A DNA stretch of 64,000 nt from an uncultured Chloroflexia bacterium (GCA_963700285.1 CAVOXA010000001.1:1-64000); one strand, 5' to 3'; counted from the first letter of the stretch, positions 50,326 to 61,620 are shown. Notes: a model not told the origin generated them from the sequence alone. Numbers and translations are program-made.

Positions 50326-52575
50326 ATGACCGACACGATAGAGATCTTGGCGGGATTGAATCCTGCCCAGCGCGACGCAGTCCAGGCAGTGGAGGGACCT
50401 GTTCTGGTCCTGGCTGGGCCTGGCAGCGGCAAGACTCGGGTACTGACCCACCGTGTGGCTTACCTGGTAAAGGAGTACGATGTACCGCCTTGGCAGATCA
50501 TGGCGGTTACTTTTACAAACAAGGCTGCTCGCGAGATGAGAGACCGCCTCTTCCGGTTGCTAGGTGAGGATTCTCGAAAGTCGACGATTGGAACCTTCCA
50601 CGCCATCTGTGCTCGCATCCTGCGCCAGGAAGCCGAGGCGATCGGTATCTCATCCCGGTACATTATCTATGATGCTAGCGATCAGGTCAGCCTGGTACGA
50701 AGAGCCATCCGGGATCTGGGCTTGGACGACAAGCTGTTCCGCCCCAATTCTATGCTCCGCGCCATCTCTAGTGCCAAGAACGAACTCATCGCTCCCGCCG
50801 AGATGCAGGCTGCTACCTACCGTGAGGAAGTTGTCAAACGGGTGTACGAGCGCTACCAGGCCCTGTTGGCAGAGAATGGGGCACTGGACTTTGATGACCT
50901 GCTGACAAAGACGGTACAACTATTCCGGAAAAATGTCGATATTCGAAACAAGTACCAGCACCGGTATCCATTCGTCCTGGTGGACGAGTGGCAGGATACC
51001 AACATGGCCCAGTACGAACTGGTCAAGCTCCTGGCCGGTCAGCGGGCCAACCTCTTTGTCGTGGGTGATGAAGACCAATCCATCTACCGTTTCCGCGGAG
51101 CTGACTATCGCAACGTGGCCCGCTTCCGGGAGGATTATCCCCATGCCCAAGTAATCCTTCTGGAGCGCAACTACCGGTCTACCCAGACCATCCTCGATGT
51201 CGCCAATGCCCTCATCGTGCGCAACCTGCATCGCCACCCGAAGCGGCTCTACACCGAGCAAACCGGCGGCCCACAACTCTCCATCATCGAGGCCTATGAT
51301 GAACAGGAAGAGGGCGACATGGTTGTCAGTGAGATTCTGCGCCTGGTGGCACGGGACCAGGCAAAGTTGGGCGACTGCGTGGCCATGTACCGCACCAACG
51401 CCCAGTCACGCCCCATCGAGGATGCCTTTGTACGGCGAGGGGTTCCCTACAAGCTGGTCGGTGCGACACGCTTCTACCAGCGCCAGGAGATCAAGGACAT
51501 CATGGCCTATCTGCGTCTCATCCATAATCCTTACGACGGAGTAGGCTTGGCGCGAATCATCAATGTGCCGCCACGCGGAATCGGCCAACGCACGATCCAA
51601 ATGCTTGTCCAGTGGGCAAATGGCATGGCTGTGCCGGCGTATGCTGCACTGCAGATCTTGGCCGAAGCGGAGGCGGAGGAGAATTCAGTCACAGAGATAC
51701 CCTTTGGCACGCGGGCCAGGAAGGCTCTGCTGGATTTTGTCGAGTTCCTCGAGGACTTGATCCGGTTGCGGGACCAGGTCAATCTGCTGGAGCTACTCGA
51801 TCTGTTGCTGGAGCGGAGTGGCTATGCACGATCTGTCCAGGATGGCAGCGACGAGGGGCAGGCCCGGTGGGAAAATATCATGGAGCTACGTACGGTCGCC
51901 CGCGACTATGCGGATCTGCCGGTAGAGACCGCGCTCACTACTTTCCTCGAGGAGGTCGCCCTGGTCTCGGACGTGGACAACCTGGATGCTGGGGTTGACG
52001 CGCCCACGCTGCTAACGTTGCACGCCGCCAAGGGACTGGAGTTTCCGGTGGTTTTCATTGTTGGCATGGAGGAAGGGCTTTTTCCTCACAGCCGATCGAT
52101 GGACGATCCGGAACAGATGGAGGAAGAGCGACGGCTTGCCTACGTGGGTGTGACTCGGGCCAAGCAGCGGCTTTACCTCCTCCGTACCTTTCGGCGGACG
52201 CTATACGGTGAAAGTGAGATCCGCGAGCCCTCGCGCTTTCTCCGTGACATCCCGGCCAAGCTCATCAAGGGGCGGGAGAAGGCACAGGCGGCGAAACAGC
52301 CAGCCCTTGATATAGGGGCAGGCCGGTTTCTGGGGCGGAGGTCTTTTACGCCCTTTTCATCACGCAGGGAGTCGAGTCCCACGAACCCGCGTCCGCAGCC
52401 AGTGGCTACCAGCTTTCACACCGGTGACCAGGTCCGGCACGAGGTGTTCGGCCAGGGGGTGGTGATCGAAAGCAAGCCCGTCGGGGGTGATGAGCAGGTG
52501 ACTGTCGCCTTTGCTGGGGCCGGGCTCAAACGGCTGATGGCCAGCCTGGCGCCGATGGAAAAACTGGAGAGCTAG
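50326..52575 (+). CDS. pcrA: ATP-dependent DNA helicase PcrA/UvrD
   Basis: LAGPGSGKT, TFTNKAA, VDEWQD, VGDEDQSIY, LHAAKGLEF, EERRLAYVGVTRA; C-terminal Tudor-like domain. Confidence 0.96.
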   Translation: MTDTIEILAGLNPAQRDAVQAVEGPVLVLAGPGSGKTRVLTHRVAYLVKEYDVPPWQIMAVTFTNKAAREMRDRLFRLLGEDSRKSTIGTFHAICARILRQEAEAIGISSRYIIYDASDQVSLVRRAIRDLGLDDKLFRPNSMLRAISSAKNELIAPAEMQAATYREEVVKRVYERYQALLAENGALDFDDLLTKTVQLFRKNVDIRNKYQHRYPFVLVDEWQDTNMAQYELVKLLAGQRANLFVVGDEDQSIYRFRGADYRNVARFREDYPHAQVILLERNYRSTQTILDVANALIVRNLHRHPKRLYTEQTGGPQLSIIEAYDEQEEGDMVVSEILRLVARDQAKLGDCVAMYRTNAQSRPIEDAFVRRGVPYKLVGATRFYQRQEIKDIMAYLRLIHNPYDGVGLARIINVPPRGIGQRTIQMLVQWANGMAVPAYAALQILAEAEAEENSVTEIPFGTRARKALLDFVEFLEDLIRLRDQVNLLELLDLLLERSGYARSVQDGSDEGQARWENIMELRTVARDYADLPVETALTTFLEEVALVSDVDNLDAGVDAPTLLTLHAAKGLEFPVVFIVGMEEGLFPHSRSMDDPEQMEEERRLAYVGVTRAKQRLYLLRTFRRTLYGESEIREPSRFLRDIPAKLIKGREKAQAAKQPALDIGAGRFLGRRSFTPFSSRRESSPTNPRPQPVATSFHTGDQVRHEVFGQGVVIESKPVGGDEQVTVAFAGAGLKRLMASLAPMEKLES

Positions 52576-52587
52576 AGCCGAGTACTT

Positions 52588-53061
52588 TTACGACAGCGGG
52601 GCAAAGCTTCTTGCCCGGTCGACCAGCCGCCGCCAGACAGGCCCCCCTACCATCGCGTCAGCTACGGCCAGAATGTCGCAGACTAGACCCAGAATGTCGC
52701 CGTTCCCCTCCCAGTGTTCGCGCACAACGGACGGATCGGTTGTCTCCAGCAGGTCATAGAGTACATAGGCCGCCAATGCCACGTCATCTACCAGGCCGGC
52801 TGGACCGAGGACAAGCTCAGGGACAAGATCCAGTGGATTGATGAAATAGGCCACCGCACCGCCTATCTTTGCTCTGTTGGTCCGGCTCACACGGTCATCG
52901 CGCGAGAGCCGGACCATGAGCATAAAGAGATCAGGACTGACCAGAATATAGTCAGCGTAGCGGTTGGCCCTGCTCTGATCCCCTCCTGCCCATATTCTCA
53001 CCGCCCGTCGCAGTCTGCGATAGTACTTGCTTTGCTCGGCACCTGCTGCCTCTTTTGCCAT
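52588..53061 (-). CDS. YkvA/DUF1232 family protein
   Basis: AVAYFINPLDLVPE..GLVDD. Confidence 0.85.
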   Translation of the reverse strand: MAKEAAGAEQSKYYRRLRRAVRIWAGGDQSRANRYADYILVSPDLFMLMVRLSRDDRVSRTNRAKIGGAVAYFINPLDLVPELVLGPAGLVDDVALAAYVLYDLLETTDPSVVREHWEGNGDILGLVCDILAVADAMVGGPVWRRLVDRARSFAPLS

Positions 53062-53292
53062 TGTTCCCTCCGCGCGCTGGCAGCACGACAGGCCCACCCC
53101 CAAGACACGGTTGGCACCAACCCCAATGCACAAGATTGTACCAGCTAGGTACAGAATTGTCAAGCAAGTCCTTGAAGCCTGGGGCACGGGGTGTATTTCA
53201 CCTCTCAGGGTGACTTGGGCGGAGATGCCGTCATTCTTGGCGGCCCATGATGCAGAAAGCCTCTCGATGTGCGAAAGCTCGCCCCGTAGACC

Positions 53293-53340
53293 GTCATCCT
53301 TCGACTACTCTCAGGACATGCTTTGAGCGAAGCGAAGAAG
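53293..53340. repeat. Mini-repeat nested in a degenerate REP-like arm
   Basis: GTCAT[CCTTCGACTACTCTCAGGACATGC]TTTGAGCGAAGCGAAGAA. Confidence 0.6.
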
Positions 53341-53502
53341 GACATGTCTCCGACTTTATGTCGTCCAGGAATCAGAAATACACCCTGGAGCACGTAGATC
53401 TGCGGTTGGCAGAGACCAGCGCTTGCTGAATTGACCCAGATCGGTTACAATCAGCCTCAATGCATTGCTGCCCGCCTGTCCCACGGGGAAAGGAGTTCCG
53501 TG

Positions 53503-55484
53503 ATGCCAAGCACATCAGATGTCAGCCGAACCTATCGCCGCGTCGTCAATGCCTGGTGCATGTACGACTGGGCCAACTCTGCTTTTGCAACGACGATCCT
53601 GGCCGCTGTATTGCCCATCTTCTACAGCCAGGTAGCTGGCGCCACGCTTCCCAGTGAGGCTGTGGCCACAGCCTACTGGAGCGTGGGCCTGAGCCTTTCA
53701 CTCCTCGTCGTAGCCGTTCTTTCCCCCTTGTTGGGCACCATCTCTGATGTGATGCGCGGCAAGAAACGTTTTCTGGCCATCTTTGCTGGATTGGGTATCG
53801 TGGGTACTGGCCTGTTGGTCCTGGTAAGTACCGGCGACTGGCTGCTGGCTTCCATTCTCTTTGTCCTGGGCCGGATCGGCTTCACCGGCGCCAATGTATT
53901 CTACGATGCGCTGTTGCCTCACGTGGCCAAGGAGGACGATCGGGACCGGGTATCCACCCGCGGTTTTGCCCTGGGTTACCTGGGTGGCGGCCTGCTCCTG
54001 GCCATTAACGTGGTGATGATCCAGTTGCTGCCTGGTACGTGGGGTCCCCGCCTCTCATTCCTGAGTGTCGCCATCTGGTGGGCTGTTTTTTCAATCCCGA
54101 TCCTGACCCGCGTGCCAGAACCACCCGCCGCCACGGCCAAGCTCGGTCCAGGCGAAAGCGTGATCGCGGTCAGTCTCAAGCGCCTGTGGGGGACCCTCAA
54201 GGACATCCGGCACTACCGGCAGTTGTTCAAGTACCTGATGGCTTTCTTGATCTATAACGATGGCATCGGCACCATCATCGGCGTGGCGGCCATCTATGGG
54301 GCGGAACTTGGCTTTGGCAGTGTGGAGTTGATTCTGGCTCTGTTGCTGGTGCAGTTTGTAGGCATCCCCTTCAGTTTGATCTTTGGGCGACTGCCCAGTG
54401 ACGCAGATAAGCGACGGCCGTTGTACTTGGCTTTTATCGCATTCAATCTTGTCGCCCTGCCACTGGTTGGCCTGGTTGGTGCCCGGGCTCTGCCGGGAGA
54501 GGTTTCAGGCGCGCCGCTGCCACCATACGCGGCTACGGCCACGGCCGTTGGTGAAGGTACCTATCTGGCTGGTGATAACGCTCTGAACTTCGAAGGTTCT
54601 TGGCAGATGGAAGCCATCCCGGCCGATGAGCTGGGTTCCGAAGAAGATGCGACCCATGCCGTGAGTGACGAGGCAGGTGCCCGCTACGAGCTGGCTTTCA
54701 ACGGGCAGGAGGTCGAGATTACCTACAGCACAGGACCCGCAGGCGCTATCTGGGCTGTGCAAGTGGACGGCCAGCCGGTCCTAGATGAGGACACAGGTGA
54801 CCCGCTGACGCTGGATGGCTACAATCCGACCGTACGCCACGGGGTACGCCACACCGTCAAGGCATTGGAGCCCGGAGAGCACGTTCTGGGCGTGGTTAAT
54901 ACCGGCGAACGCAATACCGACAGCCAGGGGACCGCCATGACCTGGCTCAGCTGGAGGTACTGGCCCCGATTCGCCAGAGCAGCCTGCCGATGATCATCGG
55001 CCTGATCGCGATTGTGGAGGTGGTCGGCGTTCTCTTTGCCCTGCTGCTGGGCCGTCCCCTCTTTTCGCGACTGGCCATGACCTTGGACACGCGCCGCAGC
55101 ATCATCCTGGCCTTGGTGTTCTATGCTGTGATCGCCATATGGGGCTTTGTCCTCGACTCAGTGGTCGAGTTCTGGTTCCTGGCCTGGATGGTAGCCGTTG
55201 TGCAGGGCGGCAGCCAGGCGCTCAGTCGCAGCCTGTATGCCAGCATGTCACCGGCGGCAAAGAGTGGCGAGTTCTTTGGCCTCTACGGCGTGATGGAGAA
55301 ATTTTCGGCCATCATTGGCCCCCTTCTCTTTGCCGCTGCTGCCACGATCTTTGACAGTAGCCGTCCCGCCGTCCTGAGTCTGATCGTGCTCTTTCTCGTT
55401 GGCATCTTTTTGCTGACACGGGTGGACGTTGAGGAGGGACGCCGCGTAGCCAAGGAGGAGGATGCAAGATCTGGCTTGATCTAG
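53503..55484 (+). CDS. MFS transporter (UMF1/ATG22-like) with inserted soluble domain; frameshift near 54950
   Basis: AWCMYDWANSAF, ANVFYDALLP, GFALGYLGG, YNDGIGT, GGSQALSRSLY, EFFGLY. Confidence 0.87.
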
Positions 55485-55709
55485 GCTCACTCGATCCCGA
55501 AAAGTGTAATTTGTGTCGCAATGTCAGTGCTGGACGTCACAACGAGACGATTTGTCATTCCGCCGAACTATGGTATAATGCCCCTCCCATGGAGGGGCTT
55601 TTGCTCGCCGCATCTGGTGAAGCGTATGGCCTAGTTGCTGCGCTGAGGGCGCAAGACGCCTCAGCGCATAACTGTGTCAGCCCGCTGGATGAACAGATTG
55701 GGAGGATCC

Positions 55710-56513
55710 ATGAATGGTATGAACAACCGAGTTTTTATTCTGATCGTGGTGGCGCTCCTGGCCGCAGTGTTATTGCTGTGTGGTGTTGTGGGTATCGTGG
55801 CCATTGGCAGGAGCACGCTCGTTGCCCGCCAGCCCGAACTCACCGCCACGCCGACCAAAACACCCAAACCTACCTTTACGGTGACCCTTACGCCGACCGA
55901 GACGCCGATCCCGACCAACACACCGATCCCGACCAACACGCCGCTGCCGACCAATACGCCGACGGACACTCCGGTGCCGCCGACGCTCACCTTTACGCCG
56001 CTGCCTACCGACACGCCGCTGCCACTGCCTACCGACACGCCGCTGCCACCGCCTACCAACACACCAAAACCCACGGCAAGGCCACAGCCCAGGCCTACAC
56101 AGATGCCTACACCCAAGCCGCAGCCGACTGCACCGCCAAAGCCCCAGTTCGCATGGCGAGGAGAGGTCACCAATACCTTTGTGAACTGCGGTGGTACACG
56201 ACTTTTCGGGTTCACGCTGGACAGCGGTGGTGGACTGGCCGGTGATATCTGGGTTCACTACTGGGCTGACGGTTGGAACGGAGCCTGGGCCAAGTCACTG
56301 TGGACCGACTTTGGGGCAGGAACTTCGTGGAAGGGCGATGAAGGGAATTGGGATGGGACGATTGACAACAAGATGCGCCAAGGAGTCTGGCACACCTGCA
56401 TCGTCCCGTCCGAAGGGAGCTGGGACTGTGTCTCGAATACGGTTGATGCGGCAACTGATTTCGATTGTGAATCCGGCGTCCAGATTGTCCATATCACGTT
56501 CACCAAGAACTAG
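55710..56513 (+). CDS. Membrane-anchored Pro/Thr-rich protein, related to 44217-44990
   Basis: TM, PTKTPKPTFT, PT repeats, C-terminal NCGG..HYWADGWNG..C..C..C. Confidence 0.75.
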   Translation: MNGMNNRVFILIVVALLAAVLLLCGVVGIVAIGRSTLVARQPELTATPTKTPKPTFTVTLTPTETPIPTNTPIPTNTPLPTNTPTDTPVPPTLTFTPLPTDTPLPLPTDTPLPPPTNTPKPTARPQPRPTQMPTPKPQPTAPPKPQFAWRGEVTNTFVNCGGTRLFGFTLDSGGGLAGDIWVHYWADGWNGAWAKSLWTDFGAGTSWKGDEGNWDGTIDNKMRQGVWHTCIVPSEGSWDCVSNTVDAATDFDCESGVQIVHITFTKN

Positions 56514-56532
56514 ATTCAATGCTGGGTTTGAG

Positions 56533-56560
56533 AAGGCCGGGCAGTCTTGTCCGGCCTTTT
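56533..56560 (+). terminator. Rho-independent terminator
   Basis: AAGGCCGGGCAG..TTGTCCGGCCTTTT. Confidence 0.65.
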
Positions 56561-56727
56561 GCGTTACTTTGACCATGAGCGACAACAACCCCTTTCGGGG
56601 GTGTGTGCGAGGCATCCGGACCTCCAGACTGACTGCCAGACTGCGAGCCACGCTACGTTGCTCCGCAACCCGCCTCCAGTTGTGAGTTGAGGGTAGAACG
56701 CTGAAAAGGAACCTGTTCCTCCCGATC

Positions 56728-59700
56728 GTGGTGGTACTGATGGCCGTTCTGGGTATTCCTGCTGCTGCCCAGGAATCGGCTTCTTTGACCATATACCTCC
56801 TCCATGATGGGCAGATCGCACCTGTGTCCAGGGACGTTATATTGAATGCTGATGTCCAGATTGATGCTGAGCTGCTGCTCACAGCCCTCCTGGCCGGGCC
56901 TCTGCCTGAAGAGCGAACGGATGGCCTAACCTCGCCATTGCCTCCGGACTCCGGTCTGGCCGCGGTCCGGGTCGCCGGGGATGAGGTCACGGTTGATCTC
57001 CAGCTGCCCTCGGGCTTTTTGCGGCATGAACTGGATCCCTACCTCAGCGACGCCATCGTCGAGCTTGTCGCCAAGACGCTCCACCCCCTCGGCCTCCACC
57101 ATATAAATGTCCGCGCACAAACCGAGGATGGGGCTTTTGCCCCTTTGTCCGATTTTCTCGCGCGCCCGCCCACCCTGATCTCTGGCATGCCGGCCAACGC
57201 AGATGCGGCTCCGGATCGCATGGGGCCGCTGCCTGAAGGCCCTGGTGCAACCCCAGATATTTCAGGCCAGCCACCGGTCTCTGGGCAGGGGCAGCCGCGG
57301 GGCGCGCTAACCGGCAAGACGGTCTGGCTCAGCGCCGGCCACGGCTGGTACTGGAGCAGCACCCTGAATCGGTGGACCACGCAGAGGGGCAACAATCATG
57401 GCCTTGTTGAGGACTTGACTAATGCTGAAGCCGTGAACTATTACCTGGCCCGCTATCTCTGGAACGCAGGCGCTGACGTCTGGCTCGTGCGCGGGCGGGC
57501 CATGACCGAGCATGAGATCATTGTGGACAATGATGGTGGCGCCCCCGCCTATGTGGAGACAGGTGACTGGCAAACCAGCGCCTCACCTGGCTATCAGGAA
57601 GGTACCTACCGCTGGGCCAGCACCTTTGAAACGCCCTCAGCAACGGCAACCTGGACACCAGACCTCCCCAGCGCGGGCTGGTACGCGGTTTGGGCCTGGT
57701 ACCGCCATGGCGCCAACCGTCCGGCGGAAGCCCGCTACGAGATCCATCATGCTGGTGGCACGACGGCGGTCAGCATTTCCCAGGAAGTCCATGGTTTGAC
57801 CTGGCGATACCTGGGCGACTATTACTTCCAAGCTGGCCGGGCCGGGCATGTCACCTTGCTCAACGGCTCCAGCGATCCGGAACAGGCCGTCGTTGCCGAT
57901 GCCATCCGCTTTGGCGGAGGCGTGGGTAGTGTGGCGGAGCCGGGTGGTGCCAGCGGCAAACCGCGTTGGGAGGAGGCGGCCAAGTATTGGGCCCGGTACC
58001 AGGGCGCCCCAGACGAGGTTACAGAATACGACGCAACATCTCGTCCCCTCTATGCCGAGTGGGAAATGGCCAAGGGCTATCCTGGTGATGCACAGAACAG
58101 CGTCTACATCTCCTGGCATACCAATGCCGGCGGTGGTACCGGTACTGAAAGCTATATTCACAACACCGAACCAACTGCCGGCAGTGCGGCCCTTCAGGAT
58201 TGGGTCCACGCTGAACTGATCCATGACCTCAGGGCGGCCTGGAACCCACAGTGGGTGGATCGCGGCCAGAAGCGGGCAGATTTCAGTGAGGTGCGGGAAC
58301 TATCCACCATTCCTGGCCTGTTGCTGGAAGTAGCATTCCACGATACAACCGACCCCGGCGATGCCGACGATCTTGCCGAGCCGATCTTTCGCCAGATCGC
58401 GGCCCGCGCCGTGTATCAGGGCATAGTCAAGTACTATGCCAACCGCGAAAGCGGGCCAGTTCGCCTGCTGCCAGAGCCTCCCCTTGGTCTATCCGCCCGG
58501 AGTACGGGATCTGGTCAGGTGACCCTGACCTGGTCCGCGCCGCCCTGCTGCGACGGCGTGGGTGGGGGTGCCGCCACATCCTTCAAGGTTTATCAGAGCA
58601 CCGATGGGCGGGCCTTTGACAACGGCACCCACGCGGCCAACCCCTCTCTCATCGTGAGCAACGTGCCACCTGGTACCCTCCGCTTCTTTCGCGTCACCGC
58701 CATCAACGAGGGCGGTGAGTCGTTTCCCACGCCGGTCGTCGCCGTGCGCACTCCTGAGACCGGCAAAGGTACCTCCTTTCTCATCGTGGACAGCTTTCAA
58801 CGGCTGGATCAGGCCGCCCTGGTCCCGCAATATGAAGCCTCGAACCTGGGCACTGATCGACGCATGTTCCTGGAGCGCATGAACCGCTACGACTATGCGG
58901 TCGAGCACGGGCAGGCCCTTGCTGCTTGTGGGCTCGCCTTCGATGGCGCGGCCAGCGAGGCGGTTGAGGCTGGTGATATCGCTCTGCGCGCTTATCCTGC
59001 CCTGGACTGGTTCGCCGGTGAGGATTCCGTTGCCGACGCTGCACTTGGTGACAGGGAGCAAAGCCTGTTGGCCACCTATCTCAACGGGGGTGGCAAGCTT
59101 CTCATTTCTGGCAGCAACATAGGCTACGACCTGGTGGGCCAGGGGCGGGCCCCGGCCTTTTACCGCGATTTCCTCCGGGCGGCGTACTTGGGTGATGACG
59201 CTGGTACCCATGACTTTGTAGGTGTGCCAGGCGGCCCCTTTGAGGGACTGGCCGGCAGCTTTGACGATGGTTCAGGCGGTATCTACGAGGTAGAGTCTGC
59301 CGACCGGCTCGCTCCCACCGCTGGCTCGGCCCAGGTGCTGACCTATACCGGCGGCGCTGGCGGTGGCGCCGCCGTTGCTTACCAGGGAGACTACGCTGTC
59401 CTCCACTTTGGCTTTCCGCTGGAGGCTATTAGCGATCCTCAGGTACGTTCTGTTCTCTTTTGCGCTGCAGCGGAGGAGCTGTTGGGCAATGCGATGCCGC
59501 CGGAGGGAACCTGCTCCCCGCGACTCATCAATCCTGGGTTTGAGGGCGGCAAGGACCAGGCATCCTGGACGATTGACTCCACCGGCGGAGGCCCGGTTCT
59601 CGCCCATCGTGACGACTTGCCGCCAACCGTGGAACCGCACAATGGTGACTGGCTGGCCTGGCTGGGCGGGCGCACGCCCGGGACCCGGGTTACCACAACC

Positions 59701-61452
59701 CTCACACAGGTCGTGGCGCTCCCGCCCGGCGAGCCGTCTGTCTCCTTGAGCTTGTCTTGGTCTGTCCACCTCGGAGCGGCCGGACCTGCTATGGACGATA
59801 CGCTGTCCATCGGCATCGCTGACCTCAACGGCAACCATCTGGCCGAGCTGTTGACCATCAGCGGACAATCTCAGTCCGGTACATGGCAGGCTTCCGAGTT
59901 CCATCTGGATGCCTTTGCCGGTCAGACGGTGCAACTTGTGATCCGCGCCGAAAGCAACCATACAGCCTTCTTTGTGGACGATACAAGCCTCACCACCTGT
60001 GGGCCACAGGGGCCGGACGAGTACCGTGCCCTGTGGGTGGATGCCTACCACGACGGGGCCAAGACTCCTCAGCAGATAGACGAGCTGATAGAGACTGCTC
60101 AAGCTGGCAACTTCAATACCCTTTTTGTCCAGGTCCGGCGACGTGGGGATACTTACTACCCTTCAGGGATCGATCCCTGGGCCCCCGATGCAAGATCTGG
60201 TTTTGACGCCCTGGAGTATCTCATCCAGCGGGCCCATGCAGCAGGTATCGAGGTTCACGCCTGGGTGACCGCTCTGGCTATTTGGGGCGGGGACACTCTG
60301 CCCACCGCGCCCGAACATGTCTTCAACCAGCACGGGTCAGGCGCCGAGGGTCGCGACAATTGGCTGATGACCAGCCACGGCCACGAGGACCGCCCGGATG
60401 ATGGGGTCTATTACTTGGACCCCGGTCACCCTGACGCCCTGGACTATACGGTGGCCATTAATGTCGAGCTGGCAAGTCGCTATGACCTCGACGGTTTGCA
60501 TCTGGATCGCATTCGTTATCCGTGGCAGAATTGGGGATACAATCCCACATCGCTGGCCCGCTTCCAAGCCCTTACGGGGCGCGACGACCGGCCCCAGCCC
60601 GACGATGCGCAGTGGCTGCAATGGCGGCGTGACCAGGTCACAGCCCTGGTGCGCAAGGTGTACCTGACCACGACGGCTGTCAATCCACGGCTGAGGGTTA
60701 GTGCGGCCCTTTCGGCTGCTGATGCATCGCCGGGTGAGACCACTCCCTGGGTCACCCGTACCCCGTACACCCACCACCTGCAAGACTGGCCGGCCTGGCT
60801 GCAGGAGGGTATCATCGATCTGGGTATGCCCATGATCTATCGCGACCAAGATACCGCGGCCGGCGACTTTGATGGGTGGATTGATTGGGCAAAGGACCAT
60901 CAATATGGTCGAGCGTTAGTGCTGGGCTCGGGGCTCTACCTCAATACTGTTGAAGACAGTATGGCCCAATGGCGCGAGATCCGCCAGCCCTCCAGAACTG
61001 GAAACCAGGCCCTCGGGATTGTCGGCTACAGCTATGCCACTCCCAGCAATGCTCAAACGTCGCACCGAGCCCTTGCGAACCTGGCAGCGACTCGAGTGTT
61101 CACCGAATCGGCCTTTGTACCAGACATCTCATGGAAAGACACCCCCTCGACGGGTCATCTGATGGGTATTCTCGGGCCAGCTCTGCCCTGCCGGCCTGCC
61201 CTGGACGGCCAGATCCTGACCCTCACGGGGCCGCAGGTCCGTACATTGCTGGCGGATGGCAGCGGCTGGTTCGGCGCTGTCGATCTCCTACCTGGCCGGT
61301 ACCGGCTCACCACAGAGATTGTGACCCCGAGCTGGGTGATAAACGTTCCGGTGACTGTGACCCCGGGGGCCGTTACGGAAAGGCAGATCGTCCTGCCCGA
61401 CTGCCGGCAGCCCCTGCAAAAGCTCTATCTACCGTTGATCCAGAGGCAATAG
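56728..61452 (+). CDS. Large secreted multidomain protein: GerMN-like, Amidase_3 (with golvesin-like insert), FN3, GHL10/DUF187 glycoside hydrolase, C-terminal LYLPLI
   Basis: LLAGP..EE..GL.S.LP; LSAGHG, VED, SWHTNA, LLEVAFHD; VTAINEGGES; EYRALWV, QVRRRGD, GIEVHAW, YDLDGLHLDRIRY. Confidence 0.82.
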   Translation: MVVLMAVLGIPAAAQESASLTIYLLHDGQIAPVSRDVILNADVQIDAELLLTALLAGPLPEERTDGLTSPLPPDSGLAAVRVAGDEVTVDLQLPSGFLRHELDPYLSDAIVELVAKTLHPLGLHHINVRAQTEDGAFAPLSDFLARPPTLISGMPANADAAPDRMGPLPEGPGATPDISGQPPVSGQGQPRGALTGKTVWLSAGHGWYWSSTLNRWTTQRGNNHGLVEDLTNAEAVNYYLARYLWNAGADVWLVRGRAMTEHEIIVDNDGGAPAYVETGDWQTSASPGYQEGTYRWASTFETPSATATWTPDLPSAGWYAVWAWYRHGANRPAEARYEIHHAGGTTAVSISQEVHGLTWRYLGDYYFQAGRAGHVTLLNGSSDPEQAVVADAIRFGGGVGSVAEPGGASGKPRWEEAAKYWARYQGAPDEVTEYDATSRPLYAEWEMAKGYPGDAQNSVYISWHTNAGGGTGTESYIHNTEPTAGSAALQDWVHAELIHDLRAAWNPQWVDRGQKRADFSEVRELSTIPGLLLEVAFHDTTDPGDADDLAEPIFRQIAARAVYQGIVKYYANRESGPVRLLPEPPLGLSARSTGSGQVTLTWSAPPCCDGVGGGAATSFKVYQSTDGRAFDNGTHAANPSLIVSNVPPGTLRFFRVTAINEGGESFPTPVVAVRTPETGKGTSFLIVDSFQRLDQAALVPQYEASNLGTDRRMFLERMNRYDYAVEHGQALAACGLAFDGAASEAVEAGDIALRAYPALDWFAGEDSVADAALGDREQSLLATYLNGGGKLLISGSNIGYDLVGQGRAPAFYRDFLRAAYLGDDAGTHDFVGVPGGPFEGLAGSFDDGSGGIYEVESADRLAPTAGSAQVLTYTGGAGGGAAVAYQGDYAVLHFGFPLEAISDPQVRSVLFCAAAEELLGNAMPPEGTCSPRLINPGFEGGKDQASWTIDSTGGGPVLAHRDDLPPTVEPHNGDWLAWLGGRTPGTRVTTTLTQVVALPPGEPSVSLSLSWSVHLGAAGPAMDDTLSIGIADLNGNHLAELLTISGQSQSGTWQASEFHLDAFAGQTVQLVIRAESNHTAFFVDDTSLTTCGPQGPDEYRALWVDAYHDGAKTPQQIDELIETAQAGNFNTLFVQVRRRGDTYYPSGIDPWAPDARSGFDALEYLIQRAHAAGIEVHAWVTALAIWGGDTLPTAPEHVFNQHGSGAEGRDNWLMTSHGHEDRPDDGVYYLDPGHPDALDYTVAINVELASRYDLDGLHLDRIRYPWQNWGYNPTSLARFQALTGRDDRPQPDDAQWLQWRRDQVTALVRKVYLTTTAVNPRLRVSAALSAADASPGETTPWVTRTPYTHHLQDWPAWLQEGIIDLGMPMIYRDQDTAAGDFDGWIDWAKDHQYGRALVLGSGLYLNTVEDSMAQWREIRQPSRTGNQALGIVGYSYATPSNAQTSHRALANLAATRVFTESAFVPDISWKDTPSTGHLMGILGPALPCRPALDGQILTLTGPQVRTLLADGSGWFGAVDLLPGRYRLTTEIVTPSWVINVPVTVTPGAVTERQIVLPDCRQPLQKLYLPLIQRQ

Positions 61453-61536
61453 GCCATTGCCTGGTTTGCGGACAAGACAACTCGTGTCAATGCTATTGGT
61501 GACCGCATGGGTTCGGTTGTTTCGAACCTTGACTTT

Positions 61537-61565
61537 TTGACCCTCCAGCCGGTTTTGGGTATAAT
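61537..61565 (+). promoter_or_regulatory. sigma70-type promoter
   Basis: TTGACC-17 nt-TATAAT. Confidence 0.65.
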
Positions 61566-61620
61566 GGCAGCATAGGTGCAAACATGCACGATCGCTTTTG
61601 GTGAGCAAGGGAGACGCCAT

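Noticed and set aside
55850-56140. Tandem 18-24-bp repeats as a possible CRISPR or non-coding array
   Set aside because: They are in-frame Pro/Thr linker codons without unique spacers; the same applies to 44600-44890 and 28470-28620; no cas genes are present
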